DNA of 64,000 bases from Malacoraja senta (taxonomy: Eukaryota), in assembly GCA_038087875.1 (NCBI GenBank), contig CM075995.1, positions 8,930,001-8,994,000 on the forward strand, given 5' to 3'. Positions 1 through 13,800 of the stretch are shown in pieces (the stretch's first letter is position 1; every line of letters starts with the position of its first letter). The notes beneath the pieces are model-generated. The model did not search any database, was not told where the DNA came from, and worked only from the letters and a program-made list of their open reading frames with translations. The position numbers and the translations under genes are program-made.

Positions 1-949
1 AGCCAGTCTTCAATTATTGCATCAGTTGTGTAGTGCAGGCAAGATGCACATTAAAAAAAAAAAAAAAAATCTCAATATAAAGTTTTCTCCACTGTCAGAA
101 ATTTCCCAACATGGGTCAGAGGGTGGTGAATATGTGGAATTCATTGCCACAGACAGTTGCGGAAGTCACGTCAGCAGATATATTTGTACGGCAGAGATAG
201 ATAGATCCTTGATTAGTACGGGTGTCAGAGGTTATGGGGAGAAGGCAGGAGAATGTGGTTAGGAGGGAGATAGATCAGCCGTGAATGAATGACAGATTAG
301 ACTCAATGGGCCGATTGGCCTCATTCTTTTCCTATCCCTTATGACCTTATGTACCCAGTATTGGTGGGAAGACACTTCCTTTATGATCTTATGACATGAA
401 AAGTTAACAAATGTATTTTAAAGGTGGTTATTGTACTTGCTCTGGCAGTTTTGTTTTCCATATACCAAACACCCTCTGAAGAAACACAGGCTTGTAGGTT
501 AATTGGCTTCTGTAAATTGTCCCTAGTGTGTGTAGGATAGTGCTAGTGTACGGGGTGATCGCTGGTCAGCGTGGACTCGGTGGGCCGAAGGGCCTGTTTC
601 CACACTGTATCCCTGAAGTCTAAAGATACTAAACCTTCACTGCAAATCCAAACCGAGCACAATACCCCAAATGTGGCCTCAATGTCTTGTACAGATACTT
701 GAAGCAATAAGTCAAATGGTGCAGATAACTAGAGATACACAGCACAGAAACAGGCCCTTCAGCCCAACTTGCCCACTGGCCAACATGCCCCATCTACACT
801 AGTCCCACCTGCCTGCATTTGGCCCATATTCCTCTATATCCATGATATCCAAACATCACCCATTTTTTATCTCCAGAGATGCTGCCTGTCCCACTCCAGC
901 AATCTGTGTCTATCAATGATAGGATACACATCTTCCTTAGGGCTTACTA

Positions 950-1662
950 CAGGTTGGATGAGTGGGCAGATGCCGTTTAATGTGGATCAATGCGAGGTTA
1001 CTGAAAGTAAGCATGGAGGTACAGCAGGTAGTGATGAAAGTGAATGGCATGTTGGCCTTCATAACACGAGGAGTTGAGTATAGGAGCAAAGAGGTCCTTC
1101 CGCAGTTGTATTGGGTCGTAGTGAGACCACACCTGGAGTATTGTGTGCAGTTTTGGTCTCCAAATTCTTGCTATCAGGGAGTGCAGCGTAGGTTCACAAG
1201 GTTAATTCCCGGGATGGCAGGACTGTCATATGCTGAGCGAATGGAGCAACTGGGTTTGTATACTCCGGAATTTAGAAGGATGAGAGGATATCTTATTGAA
1301 ACATACAAGATTATTAAGGGTTTGGACACACTAGAGGCAGGAAACATGTTCCCGATGTTGGGGGAGTCCAGAACCAGGGGCCACAGTTTCAGAATAAGGG
1401 GCAAGCCAGTTAGAACGGAGATGAGGAAACACTTTTTCACACAGAGTGGTGAGTGTGGAATTCTCTGCCTCAGAGGGCGGCGGAGGCCGGTTCTCTGGAT
1501 ACTTTCAAGAGAGAGCAAGATAGGGCTCTTAAAGATAGCGGAGTCAGGGGATATGGGGAGAAGGCAGGAACGGGGTACCGATTGGGGATGATCAGCCATG
1601 ATCACATTGAATGGCAGTGCTGGCTCGAAGGGCCGAATGGCCTACTCCTGCACCTATTGTCT
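950..1662 (+). mobile_element. CR1 LINE 3' fragment
   Basis: ORF 962..1591 ([13 protein letters not shown]...) and the common 3' UTR. Confidence 0.9.
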
Positions 1663-1794
1663 AAATCTAATTTCGCAGCGATAAATGAAAACAATTTTCT
1701 CAATATTTTTAGCTTTTCCAAGTCACCACAAACACAACAAATATCACAAGGACAGGCTGCGTAATGAAGAAATCAATGCTGAATATAGGCTCAC

Positions 1795-1840
1795 CTTCTA
1801 CACACTCCTCTTCAGTTTCCTCAGTCAGTGCGGGGTTTTG
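1795..1840 (-). CDS. TRNAU1AP: TRNAU1AP-like exon 8 ([15 protein letters not shown])
   Basis: 46 nt, tttcag acceptor, gtgagc donor, phase 0 to 1; short acidic exon in the expected position before the C-terminal domain. Confidence 0.8.
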
Positions 1841-4800
1841 CTGAAACTGAATAAGTTTAGAGTTTAATTTATTATTGTCACACGAGGTCCAGTGAAAAGA
1901 TTTATGTTGCGTGCCATCCAGTCAGTGGAAAAACTAGATACAGATACAGGATAAAGGGAATAACGTTTAGTGCAAGGTAAAGCCAGTAAAGATAGTCCAA
2001 GGATCGCCAATGAGGTAGATTGGAGGTCAGGACCGCTCTCTAGTTGGTGATAAGATGGTTCAGTTGCCTGATAACAGTCAGGAAGAAACTGTCCCTGAAT
2101 CTGGAGGTGTGTGTTTTCACACTTCTGTACCTCTTTCCCGATGGGAGAGGGGGGAGAAGAGGGAGTGGCCAGGATGAGCCTCGATTATGCTGCTGGCCTT
2201 GCCGAGGCAGCGTGAGGTATAGATGGAGTCAATGGAAGGGAGGTTGGTTTGTGAGATCGAAGGTAGACACATAAAGCTGGGACCGGGCAGCTTCTCTGGA
2301 GAGAAGGAATGGGCGACGTTTCAAGTCGAGACCCTTGGTCCGTGTGATGGTACGGGCTACGTCCACAACACTCCGCAATGTCTTGTGCTTTCACGGTAGA
2401 GTTGCTGCCTCTCAGCACCAGAGACCCGGGTTCCATCCTGACTACGGGTGCTGTCTGTACGGAGCTTGCACGTTCTACACGCGACCTGCGCGCGTCCCCC
2501 CCCCCCCCCCCCGGGTGCTCCGGTTTCCCACCACACTCCAAAGGCGCACAGCTTTGTAGCCCCTAGTGGGTGAGATAGTCGTGTTAGTGTACGGGGATCA
2601 CTGGTCAACATGGACTCAGCAGGACGAAGGGCCCGTTTCCACGCTGTATCATTACAGTCCAAGGACACTAAACCTTTACTACACCTGCGAGACCAAAACC
2701 AAACCGAAAACTACAAATGTGGCCTCGTTGGTCAGCGCGGACTCAGTGGGCCGAAGGGCCTGTTTCCACGCTGCATCTATAATGTCCGAAGTAAAGTCGA
2801 AAGCGAACGTTTCCTATTAAAATGAGCGCAAACAATCTTCTAAGCATGAGATTACTAGAGTGTTATAGAGAAAGAATAAAAGTGCAGGAGTAGGCCATTC
2901 AGCCCTTCGAGCCAGCACCACCATTCAACATGATCATGGCTGATCATCCAAAATCAGTACCCCGTTCCTGATTTCTCCCCATATCCCCCGATTCCGTTAG
3001 CTCGAAGAGCTAAACCCAACTCTCTCTTGAAAACATCCAGTGAATCGGCCTCCACTGCCTTCTGTGGCAGAGAATTCCACAGATTCACAACTCTCTGGGT
3101 TAAAAAGTCTTTTCTCATCTCAGTCCTAAATGGCCGACCCCTTATTCTTGAACTGTGAAGCCCCTGGTTCCGGACCCTATAATAAAAAAGTGACCCTTGG
3201 TTCTGGACCTGGTCCCTACAATAGAAACTGGCGGTGGCTTTACCTCAGATAGTTGTGACATGCCGGTGGTCATCAGAGAGGAGGTTGCTGCCGAGGTCTC
3301 GGTGGTACCATACTGTGGGTATCCATACCCATAGGTTGCATACGGATCGTAGCCCCACTGGGAGTAATACTGCTGGTACTGCTGGTAGTACTGTGTGTAG
3401 TTGTAGCTGGCAGTCGGCTGGTACTCTGACTTTGTTTTTGCACTGAAAGCAGAAAGAGCATTCAATAGACAATAGGTGCAGGAGTAGTCCATTCGGCCCT
3501 TCCAGCCAGCACCGCCATTCAATGTGATCATGGCTGATCATCCCCAATCAGTACCCCGTTCCTGCCTTCTCCCCATATCCCCTGACTCCGCTATCTTTAA
3601 GAGCCCTATCTAGCTCTCTCTTGAAAGCATCCAGAGAACCTGCCTCCACTGCCCTCGAGGCAGAGAATTCCACAGACTCACAACTCTCTGTGAGAAAAAG
3701 TGTTTCCTCATCTCCGTTCTAAATGGCTTACTCCTTATTCTTAAACTGTGTGTGGCCCCTGGTTCTGGACTCCCCCAACATCGGGAACACGTTTCCTGCC
3801 TCTAGTGTGTCCAAGCCCATAACAATCTTATATGTTTCAATGATATTCCCTCTCATCCTTCTAAACTCCAGAGTATACAAGACCAGCTGCTCCATTCTCT
3901 CAGCATATTACAGTCCTGCCATTCCGGGAATTAACTTTGTAAACCTACGCTGCACTCACTCAACAGCAAGAATGTCCTTCCTCAAATTAGGGGACCAAAA
4001 CTGCACACAATACTCCAGGTGTGGTCTCACTAGGGCTCTGTACAACTGCAGAAGGACCTCCTTGCTCCTATATTCGATTCCTCTTGTTATAAAGGCCAAC
4101 ATGCCATTCGCTTTCTTCATTGCCTGCCAATTCAAATTAAACATTCACACTTGGGGGCGGTCAGGGTGGCGCAGCGGTAGAGTTGCTGCCTCACCCACCG
4201 CGCCACAGACCCGGGATCAACCCCCCCACCACGGATGCTCGACCCGTACGGAGTTCGCACGCTCTCCCCGTGACCGGCGTGGGGTTTTCTCCGAGTTCTC
4301 CGGTTTACTCCCACACTCGAAAGGTGTACAGGTTGAAAAGTTAATCAGCAGTTTCTCGTTAAGGAAGAGTGTTTAGCCTAGGAAACCTGGAGCAATTGCT
4401 TCCGAATGAAACAGCCGGCGACAACGTTTTCAAACGCGACTTGGGTCTCAAACACGCTTTTTCAGGAGTAGTTCATGAGTTGAAGGAGCAGAATTAGACC
4501 ATTCGGCCCATCAAGTCTACTCCTCCATTCAATCATGGCTGGTCTATCTCTCCCACCTAACCCCATTCTACTGCCTTCTCCCCATAAACCACAACACCCG
4601 CACTAATCAAGAATCTTTCTATCTCCGCCTTAAAATTATCCACTGACTTGGCCTCCACAGCCTTCCGCGGCAAAGAATTCCACAGATTCACCACCCTCTG
4701 ACTAAAGAAGTTCCTCGAATGAATGACTGAATAAGTTTATTGGCCAAGTATTCACATACAAGGAATTTGTCGGTGCTCCACCCGCAAGTGACAACATGAC

Positions 4801-7800
4801 ATAGTGACAGTTAGGAATGACACATAAAACATTAATAATAAAACATTATTGATTAAACATATGAATTAAATAAAATACCAGAGCAAAAGGAGGCTACAGA
4901 TTTTTGGTTATTGAGTAGAGCTACTACTCGTGGAAAAAAGCTGTTTTTATGTCTGGCTGTGGCAGCTTTGACCGTCCGGAGTCGCCTTCCAGAGGGAAGT
5001 GATTCAAAGAGTTTGTGGCCAGGGTGAGAGGGGTCAGAGATGATCTTGCCCGCTCGCTTCCTGGCCCTTGCAGTGTACAGTTCGTCAATGGAGGGAAGGT
5101 TGCAGCCAACAACATTCTCAGCTGATCGGACGATTCGCTGCAGCCTCCGGGTGTCGTGCTTGGTGGCTGAGCCAAACCACACCATGATGGAGAAGGTGAG
5201 GACAGACTCTACGATGGCCGTGTAGAATTGGACCATCATTGCCTGTGGCAGATTGTGCTTCCTCAGCTGCCGTAGGAAGTACATCCTCTGTTGTGCCATT
5301 TTGACTGTGGAGTCGATGGTAGCCCCCCACTTAAGGTCCTTGGAGATGATGGTTCCCAGGAACTTAAAAGACTCCAAAGATGTGACTGTGGTGTTGTTGA
5401 TGGTGAGTGGGGTGAGGGGAGGGGGAGCTCTCCTAAAGTCTACAATCAATTCCACTGTCTTAAGAGCATTGAGCTCTAGGTTGTTGCGATGGCACCAGGA
5501 CTCCAGCTGTGACACTTCCTGTCTGTAGGCAGATCCCTCCCCATCCTGGATCAGTCCAATCAGGGTTGTGTCGTCCGCAAACTTGACAAATAAATGCTAA
5601 CATTGAGTTTGCTTTCTTTACTATCGATTCGACTTGCAGATTAACTGTTTGGGAATCCTGCACCAGCTCCTAAATCCCTTTGCACCTCCGATTTCTGGAT
5701 TCTCTCCCCATTTAGAAAATAGTCTACACCTTTATTCCTACTACCAAAATACATGACTCTGCACTTTGCTACACTATATTCCATCTGCCACCTCTCTGCC
5801 CACTCTCCCAACCTGTCCAAGTCCTTCTGCAGAGTCCCTGCTTTCTCTACACTACCTGCCCCTCCACCTATTTTCTTATCATCCGCAAACTTGGCCACAA
5901 AGCCTTCAATCCCCTCGTCCAAATCAGTAATTCTACTCCGCCATTCAATCATGGCTGATCTATCTTTCCCGCTCAACCCCGTTCTCCTGCCTTCTCCCCA
6001 TAATCTCCGACACCCGTACTAATCAAGAACCTGTCAATCTCCGCCGTGACAATATCCACCGACTTGGTCCCAACTCCACAGCCGTCTGTGGCAATGAATT
6101 CCACAGATTCACCACCCTCCGACTAAAGAAATTCCCCCTCATCTCCTGTCTAAAGGTACGTCCTTTTATTCAGAGGCTGTGCCCTCTGGTCCTGGACTCT
6201 CCCACTGGACAATAACACTGACCATCAGATGCGTAGGAAAGAACTGCAGATGCTGCTTTAAATCGAAAGGTAGACACAAAATGCTGGAGTAATTCAGCAG
6301 GACAGGCAGCGCCTCTAGAGAGAATGAAATGGCGACATTTCGGGTGGAGACCCTGCTTCAGTCTGACCATCAGATACCAGACACAACTGTATCACTGAAC
6401 ATAGAACTGTACAGCACAGGAACAGGCCCTTCGGCCCACAATGTCTGTGAGAATGGAGCAGCTGGGCTTGTACACTCTGGAGTTTAGAAGGACGAGAGGG
6501 GATCTCATTAAAACACATAAGATTCTTAAGGGTTTGGACACGCTAGAAGCAGGAAACATGTTCCCGATGTTGGGGGAGTCCAGAACCAGGGGCCACAGTT
6601 TCAGAATAAGGGGTAAGCCATTTAGAACAGAGACAAGGAAACTTCTTCACACAGAGAGTGGTGAGTCTGTGGAATTCTCTGCCTCAGAGGGCGGTGGAGG
6701 CAGGTTCTCTGGATGCTTTCAAGAGAGAGCTAGATAGGGCTCTTAAAGATAGCGGAGTCAGGGGATATGGGGAGAAGGCAGGAACGGGGTACTGATTGGG
6801 GATGATCAGCCATGATCACATTGAATGGTGATGCTGGCTTGAAGGGCCGAATGGCCTACTCCTGCACCTATTGTCTTTTCAACAGGATGCCTAGACCAAC
6901 CCTTATGTGCCTGCATATGATCCACATCCCTCCATTTCCTCAATCCTGTGCTTGCTGAAGAGCCTCTTAGACGCCACTAATTGTTCCCGCCACCACCGTC
7001 ACTCCTGGCAGCGCGTTCCAGGCACCCGCCAACCCCTAAAAACAGTCCCGCTCATCCCAAAGCCATGTCTCAAGACTTAAACAACAGGGCCCCAAATCGT
7101 AACCACCACCCGTCCGTTCCCTCCACAGATGCTGCCCGACCAGCTGTGATATTCCACCATTTTAACTTTTTTTCTTTACTCAAGTTTGGTTTAAGTTTAT
7201 TTCCGTCTCACACACACACGAAGGGGCAGTGAAAAGCCTTGTTTTGCATGTCATCCAATCAGTTCAATCGTAAATGCAATCGTCAAACTCTAGAATAGGC
7301 AGAGCAAAGGGGAAGATGCAGAGTGCAGCATATAGTTCTCAGCATTAGAAACATAGAAAACAGGTGCAGGAGGCCATTCGGCCCCTCGAGCCACCACCGC
7401 CATTCATTGTGATCATGGCTGGTCGTCCCCAATCAATAACCCGTGCCTGCCTTCTCCCCATATCCCTTGACTCCACTAGCTCCTAGAGCTCTATCTAACT
7501 CTCTTAAATCCATCCAGTGATTTGGCCTCCACTGCCCTCTGTGGCAGGGAATTCCACAAATTCACAACTCTCTGGGTGAAAACGTTTTCTCCTCAGTCTT
7601 AAATGGCTTCCCCTTTATTCTAAGACAGTGGCCCCTGGTTCTGGACTCGCCCCACATTGGGAACATTTATCCTGCATCTAGCCTGTCCAATCCTTTTATA
7701 ATTTTATATGTTTCTATAAGATCCCCCCTCATCCTTCTAAACTCCAGCGAATACAAGCCTAGTCTTTTCAATCTTTCCTCATATGACAGTCCCACCATCC

Positions 7801-10800
7801 CAGGGATCAATCTCGTGAACCTACGCTGCACTGCCTCAATCACAAGGATGTCCTTCCTCAAATTAGGAGACTTCTGCTTCTGTCGTGTGTCTTTTAGACC
7901 TGCAGCTCTGTTGAGGCGAGCCAGGCCAACGTGTCATCGTCCAGGTCAATCAGACCTCGTTCACCATTCAGTGGCCGGTGTTTGGGGACTCTGGTGACTA
8001 TGTGTGGGCTCCACTGTCTGTGTTGGGTCCCCACACTCGCAGGAGGCACTCGCTGTCCACGAGGCCCCACCTCTTCATCGCTACTCCATAGCGTCCGATG
8101 CCTGTCCTCAAGCGGTTGAGGGTTGTCCACTGCTTTCGGGGCAGGTCCTGGCCAGGGACGTCCATGGGGGTCATCGATGTAATGGTGTAGCCTAGATGGT
8201 TCCGCCGACTTCCACTGGTCTCTCCATCTCGTCTTGACCCAGGCGGCCTTAGAAGCGTCAGCCGGTGTTGTGCAGAGCAGCTCTTGGGCTTGCGTGGCAA
8301 AGGGGTGCCGTGACTTGAGGCGCACTCGTCGTGGTGTCTCTGTGACGATCTGATGGAGGAGGTGGGATTCACTGGTCTGTGCCTTTCGAGAGAGGGCCAG
8401 CGTGGCTGCTTCTCGTCTGATGTTGGCTGGGGCGATGCCAGCAAGGACGGGCAGTTGGTTTACTGGGGTGGCTCGTAGGCATCCGGAGACAGTCCGCAGG
8501 GCGCTGTTGAGGGCAGCATCCAGCTTCTTGGCGTGAGGGCTATGGCACCAGACCGGGGCGCAGTACTCGGCGGCTGAGAAGACCAGGGCCACTGTGGACA
8601 TGCGCAGTGTCTTCGTCATGGCTCCCCTTGTGGTGCCGGCGAATCAGCAAATTAGGAGACCAATACTGGACACAATACTCCAGATGTGGTCTCACCAGAG
8701 CCCTATACAACTATAACAGCATTGTAGCACATCAGTTCCAGAGACAAAGTCCACAATGGTGTAGAGGTGAATCGGGCAGTATCATAGTTTCTTCGCAGCT
8801 GTTGTCAGGCAACCAAACCACCACATCACCAACCAGAGAGCTGTCACCTACCATTTACCTCAGATTATAAGGGCATAAAGAATAATAGAATTAGGCCATT
8901 CGGCCCCAATCATGGCTGACCTATCTCTCCCTCATAACCCCCATTCTCCCTATGACCTCTGATACCCAAACTAATCAAGAATCCATCTATCTCCGCCAAA
9001 AATATTCACCGATTTGGCCTCCACAAACTTCTGCGGCACATGGGCAAAGAGCCGGAGTAACTCATGTCAGGACCCAAAACATCACCCATCTCTTTTCTCC
9101 AGAGACGCTGCCTGACCCGCCAAGTTACTTTGTGCCTTCCTTTGGTACAAGCCAACATCTGCAGTTCTTTGTGTAGGAAAGAACCGCAGATGCTGGTTTA
9201 AATCAAAGGTAGACACAAAATGCTGGAGTAACTCAGCGGTGGTACAGGCAGCATCTCTGGAGAAAAGGAATTGCAGAGATGCTGCCTCACCCGCTGAGTT
9301 ACTCCAGTATTTTGTCCATCTGCAGTTCTTTGCTCGACCATCTACCTCGTTGGAGATAGCTCAGGCTATCTTTAATTGGACTTTATCTTGCACTAAATGT
9401 CATACGAGGAAAGATTGAAAAGACTAGGCTTGTATTCACTGGAGTTTAGAAGGATGAGGGGGAGTCCTATAGAAACAGATAAAATTATAAAAGGACTGGA
9501 CAAGCTAGATGCAGGAAAAATGTTCCCAATGTTGGGCGAGTCCAGAACCAGGGGCCACAGTCTTAGAATAAAGGGGAGGCCATTTAAGACTGAGGTGAGA
9601 AAAAAACCTTTTCACCCAGAGAGTTGTGAATTTGTGGAATTCCCTGCCACAGAGGGCAGTGGAGGCCAAATCACTGGATGGATTTAAGAGAGAGTTAGAT
9701 AGAGCTCTAGGGGCTAGTGGAATCAAGGGATATGGGGAGAAGGCAGGCACGGGTTATTGATTTGAGACGATCAGCCATGATCACATTGAATGGCGGTGCT
9801 GGCTCGAAGGGCCGAATGGCCTCCACTGCCCTCTGTAACATCTTGTAACAAGATGAACCACTTATAACAAGAGGAATCGAATATAGGAGCAAAGAGGTCC
9901 TTCTCCAGTTGTACAGAACCCTAGTGAGACCACACCTGGAGTATTGTGTGCAGTTTTGGTCCCCTAATTTGAGGAAGGACATTCTTGCTATTAAGGGAGT
10001 GCAGCGTAGGTTTACCAGGTTAATTCCCGGGATCGCGGGACTGTCAATGCTGAGAGAATGGAGCAGCTGGGCTTGTACACTCTGGAGTTTAGAAGGATGA
10101 GAGGGGATCTCATTGAAACATATAAGATTGTTAAGGGTTTGGACACGCTAGAGGCAGGAAACATGTTCCCAATGTTGGGGGAGTCCAGAACCAGGGACCA
10201 CAGATTAAGAATAAGGAGTAAGCCATTTAGAACAGAGATGAAGAAACTTTTTCCTCACAGAGAGTGGTGAGTCTGTGGAATTCTCTGCCTCAGAGGGCGG
10301 TGGAGGCAGGTTCTCTGGATGCTTTCAAGAGAGAGCTAGATAGGGCTCTTAAAAATAGCAGAGTCAGGGGATATGGGGAGAAGGCAGGAACAGGGTACTG
10401 ATTGTGGATGATCAGCCATGATCACATTGAATGGCGGTGCTGGCTCGAAGGGCCGAATGGCCTACTCCTGCACCTATTGTCTAAAGGATGGTGGGTGTAT
10501 GAAACAAACTGCTGGAGGAGGTAGTTGAGGCTGTGACTGTCACAACTTTTAGAAACAGTTAAGACAGGTACATGGATAGGACAGGTTTGGAGGGATGTGG
10601 GCCAAACACCCTAGGCAGGTGGAACTAGTGTAGTTTAGAGATACAGCACAGAAACAGGCCCTTCAGCCCACACCAACCAACAATCCCCACACATTAACAC
10701 TACCCTACACATACACACTAGAGACAATTTACACATACAAGCCAATTAACCTACATACCCACACATCTTTGGAGTGTGGGAGGAAACCTGAAGACCTCAG

Positions 10801-13800
10801 AGAAAACCCACGCAGGTCACGGGGAGAACGTACAAACTCCGTACAGACAGCACCCGTAGTCGGGATTGAACCTGGGTCTCTGGCGCTGTGAGGCAGCAAC
10901 TCTACCACATACATGGGACATGCTGGCCGGTGAGGGTTAGTTGGGCCAAAAAGGGCCTGTTTCCACTCAGTCTGTACCCTTCATAACTTACCTTGGCCAC
11001 TGCCACCACATGATTCCAGAACTATCTTCACCCTCGGCCTGACTATCACTCACAAACTCCATCCTCACTGCTGCGTCTGGGTGACACTAGGCTGAGGAAT
11101 CTCCTTAAGTGGCTGGAAAGCAGACCAGCTGTAAACCCTTTTGCAATGAATGTCGAACACTTAATTAACGATGAACAGCTGCAGCTGTGAATTACTTGAG
11201 AGGCAGAAGATTAATCTAAATTGGAGGGGAGGGGGGAGGTGAAAAATGTTAGGAACCTGTTAAAATCACCGACCATGGTCAGAATCTCACACTGAAAATT
11301 AGTCAGTGGAGATTTTTTTAAAATTTAATTTAATTTTTTTTAAATAAATGATATCAGTCACAGTTCCTGATGGCACTGCACTTAAAATATTAACTGTCTG
11401 TTTTACACCACAGATGCTGCCTGATTTGCTGAGTTTCACCTACACCTCTTCACTTTAATACCCTTTGAGCAAAATACTTTGCCCCTCTGGCTCCTATTAA
11501 ATCTTTCCCCACCTCCCCTCAGTTAGATAGGGCTCTTAAAGATAGCGGAGTTATGGGATATGGGGAGAAGGCAGGAACGGGGTAATGAGTGTGGATGATC
11601 AGCCATGATCGCATTGAATGGCGGCGTTGGCTTGAAGGGCCGAATGGCCTACTGTCTAATACGGTGATAATAGACAATAGGTGCAGGAGTAGGCCATTCG
11701 GCCCTTCAAGCCAACGCCGCCATTCAATGCGATCATGGCTGATCATCCACAATCATTACCCCGTTCCTGCCTTCTCCCCATATCCCCATAACTCCGCTAT
11801 CTTTAAGAGCCCTATCTAGCTCTCCCTTGAAAACATCCAGAGAACCTGCCTCCACCGCCCTCTGAGGCAGAGAATTCCACAGACTCACCACTCTCTGTGA
11901 GAAAAAGTGTTTCCTCGTCTCCGTTCTAAATGGCTTACTCCTTATTCTTAAACTGTGGCCCCTGGTTCTGGACTCCCCCAACATCGGGAACATGTTTATT
12001 GTATGTGTATGAGACAAATAAAGTTGACTTGACGTAAACCTATGTCCTCTGTTTCTTAATTTCCCCTACTCGGGGTAAAAAAAAATCTCTGGACATTTAC
12101 CCAATCTATTTTTTCCTCATCATCTTATACACCTCTATAAGATCAGCCCTCATCCTCCTGCGCTCTGAAATCCAGGCCTGCTCAAACTCTCTCTCTATAG
12201 CTCAGGCCCTTGAGTACTGGCAACATCCACGTAAATCCTCCTTGGACTCTTTCAAGCTGAACATTTTTCCTATAACGTACGGGCTGCTCAAATTTGAACA
12301 CAACACTCACAATTACAGGGATGTAATGCCGAGCTTTATACTGCACTGGTCCGACCGCATTTGGTGTATTGTGAGCAGTTCCAACATCATGAGAGGAATA
12401 GATCGGGTAGACAATAGGCAATAGGTGCAGGAGTAGGCCATTCGGTCCTTCGAGTCAGCACCGCCATTCAATGTGATCATGGCTGATCATTCCCAATCAG
12501 TACACCGTTCCTGCCTTCTCCCCATATCCCCTGACTCCACTATTTTTAAGAGCCCCATCTAGCTCTCTCTTGAAAGCATCCAGAGAACCTGCCTCCACCG
12601 CCCTCTGAGGCAGAGAATTCCACAGACTCACCACTCTCTGTGTGAAAAAGTGTTTCCTCGTCTCCGTTCCAAATGGCTTACCCCTTATTCTTAAACTGTG
12701 TGTGGCCCCTGGTTCTGGACTCCCCCAACATCGGGAACATGTTTCCTGCCTCTAGTGTGTCCAAGCCCTTATCAATCTTATATGTTTCAATTGTATGGCT
12801 TGTATGGTGTGTGTGTAAAATTGTCCCGAGTGCATGCGGGCGGGGGGGGGGGGGTAGTGTTAATGTGTGCGGGTGATCGCTGGTCGGCGCCGACCCGGCT
12901 GGCCTGCTTCCGCGCAGTATCTGTGAACCCAACTGAACGGACGAACTGACCTTTTGGGCACGGCTATGCTGATTCGGATGGGTTTCCCTCCCAGCCCTTT
13001 GCTGTTCTGGCATTCCTCCAACGCCTTCTTCTGCTCGGCTTCATCGGAAAACCGGACGAATCCAAAGCCTCTGACAAAATAAAACCAAACAAGAGCAGCA
13101 TTTACACGGAGCCTCTCCGCGGCGGCTGAACAGGCTTGAATCAACTGCTTAAAATAGTTTGAACCACGTAGTATTAGAGTTATTACTTTACATCTGAGGT
13201 ACCATCAGTCCAAGTAATGGGTGTCCTTGTTAATCCTATCTGAGACAGAAAGAATGTTCTTATTCCAAGTGTAGTATGATTTTTCAAATAGCCACTGTGG
13301 TTTATAAGGGCTGTTTCATAGAAAATTATAAGACGGTCATTTAGTAATCATCGTTTAATATCGGTTTTCGCAGTCCTTATCACAGAGATACATAATTTTC
13401 ACTACTACTACTAATACTACTAATAATAATAATAGTAATAATAAACAGCGCTGTCTCTCTGGGTAGAAGTGTACACGAGCTCGTAGACGGCAATGTCATC
13501 TGGCGGATACACTACCTTGAGTTCCCGGACGTGTCTGTCACTACTTTCCCACCTCTACACGACGGATATTTTTTCACAAAGTAGTCGTACAGATGGAAGT
13601 CATCGACTTCTGAGGAGAGGTCGCCCACAAATATGGAGTATTCTTGGCTGTTGGGACAAAAGCGCACGGCAGTAAACCGGCTGTTGAAACCGCGGGCTGC
13701 AGAAATCCCGACTAAACTCTGTGCTCTAACATCAGTTTTAGTTTATCGTCACAAAGGCTTTCATTGGGATTATCAAAATAGTGGCGCAGCGGGTAGAGCT

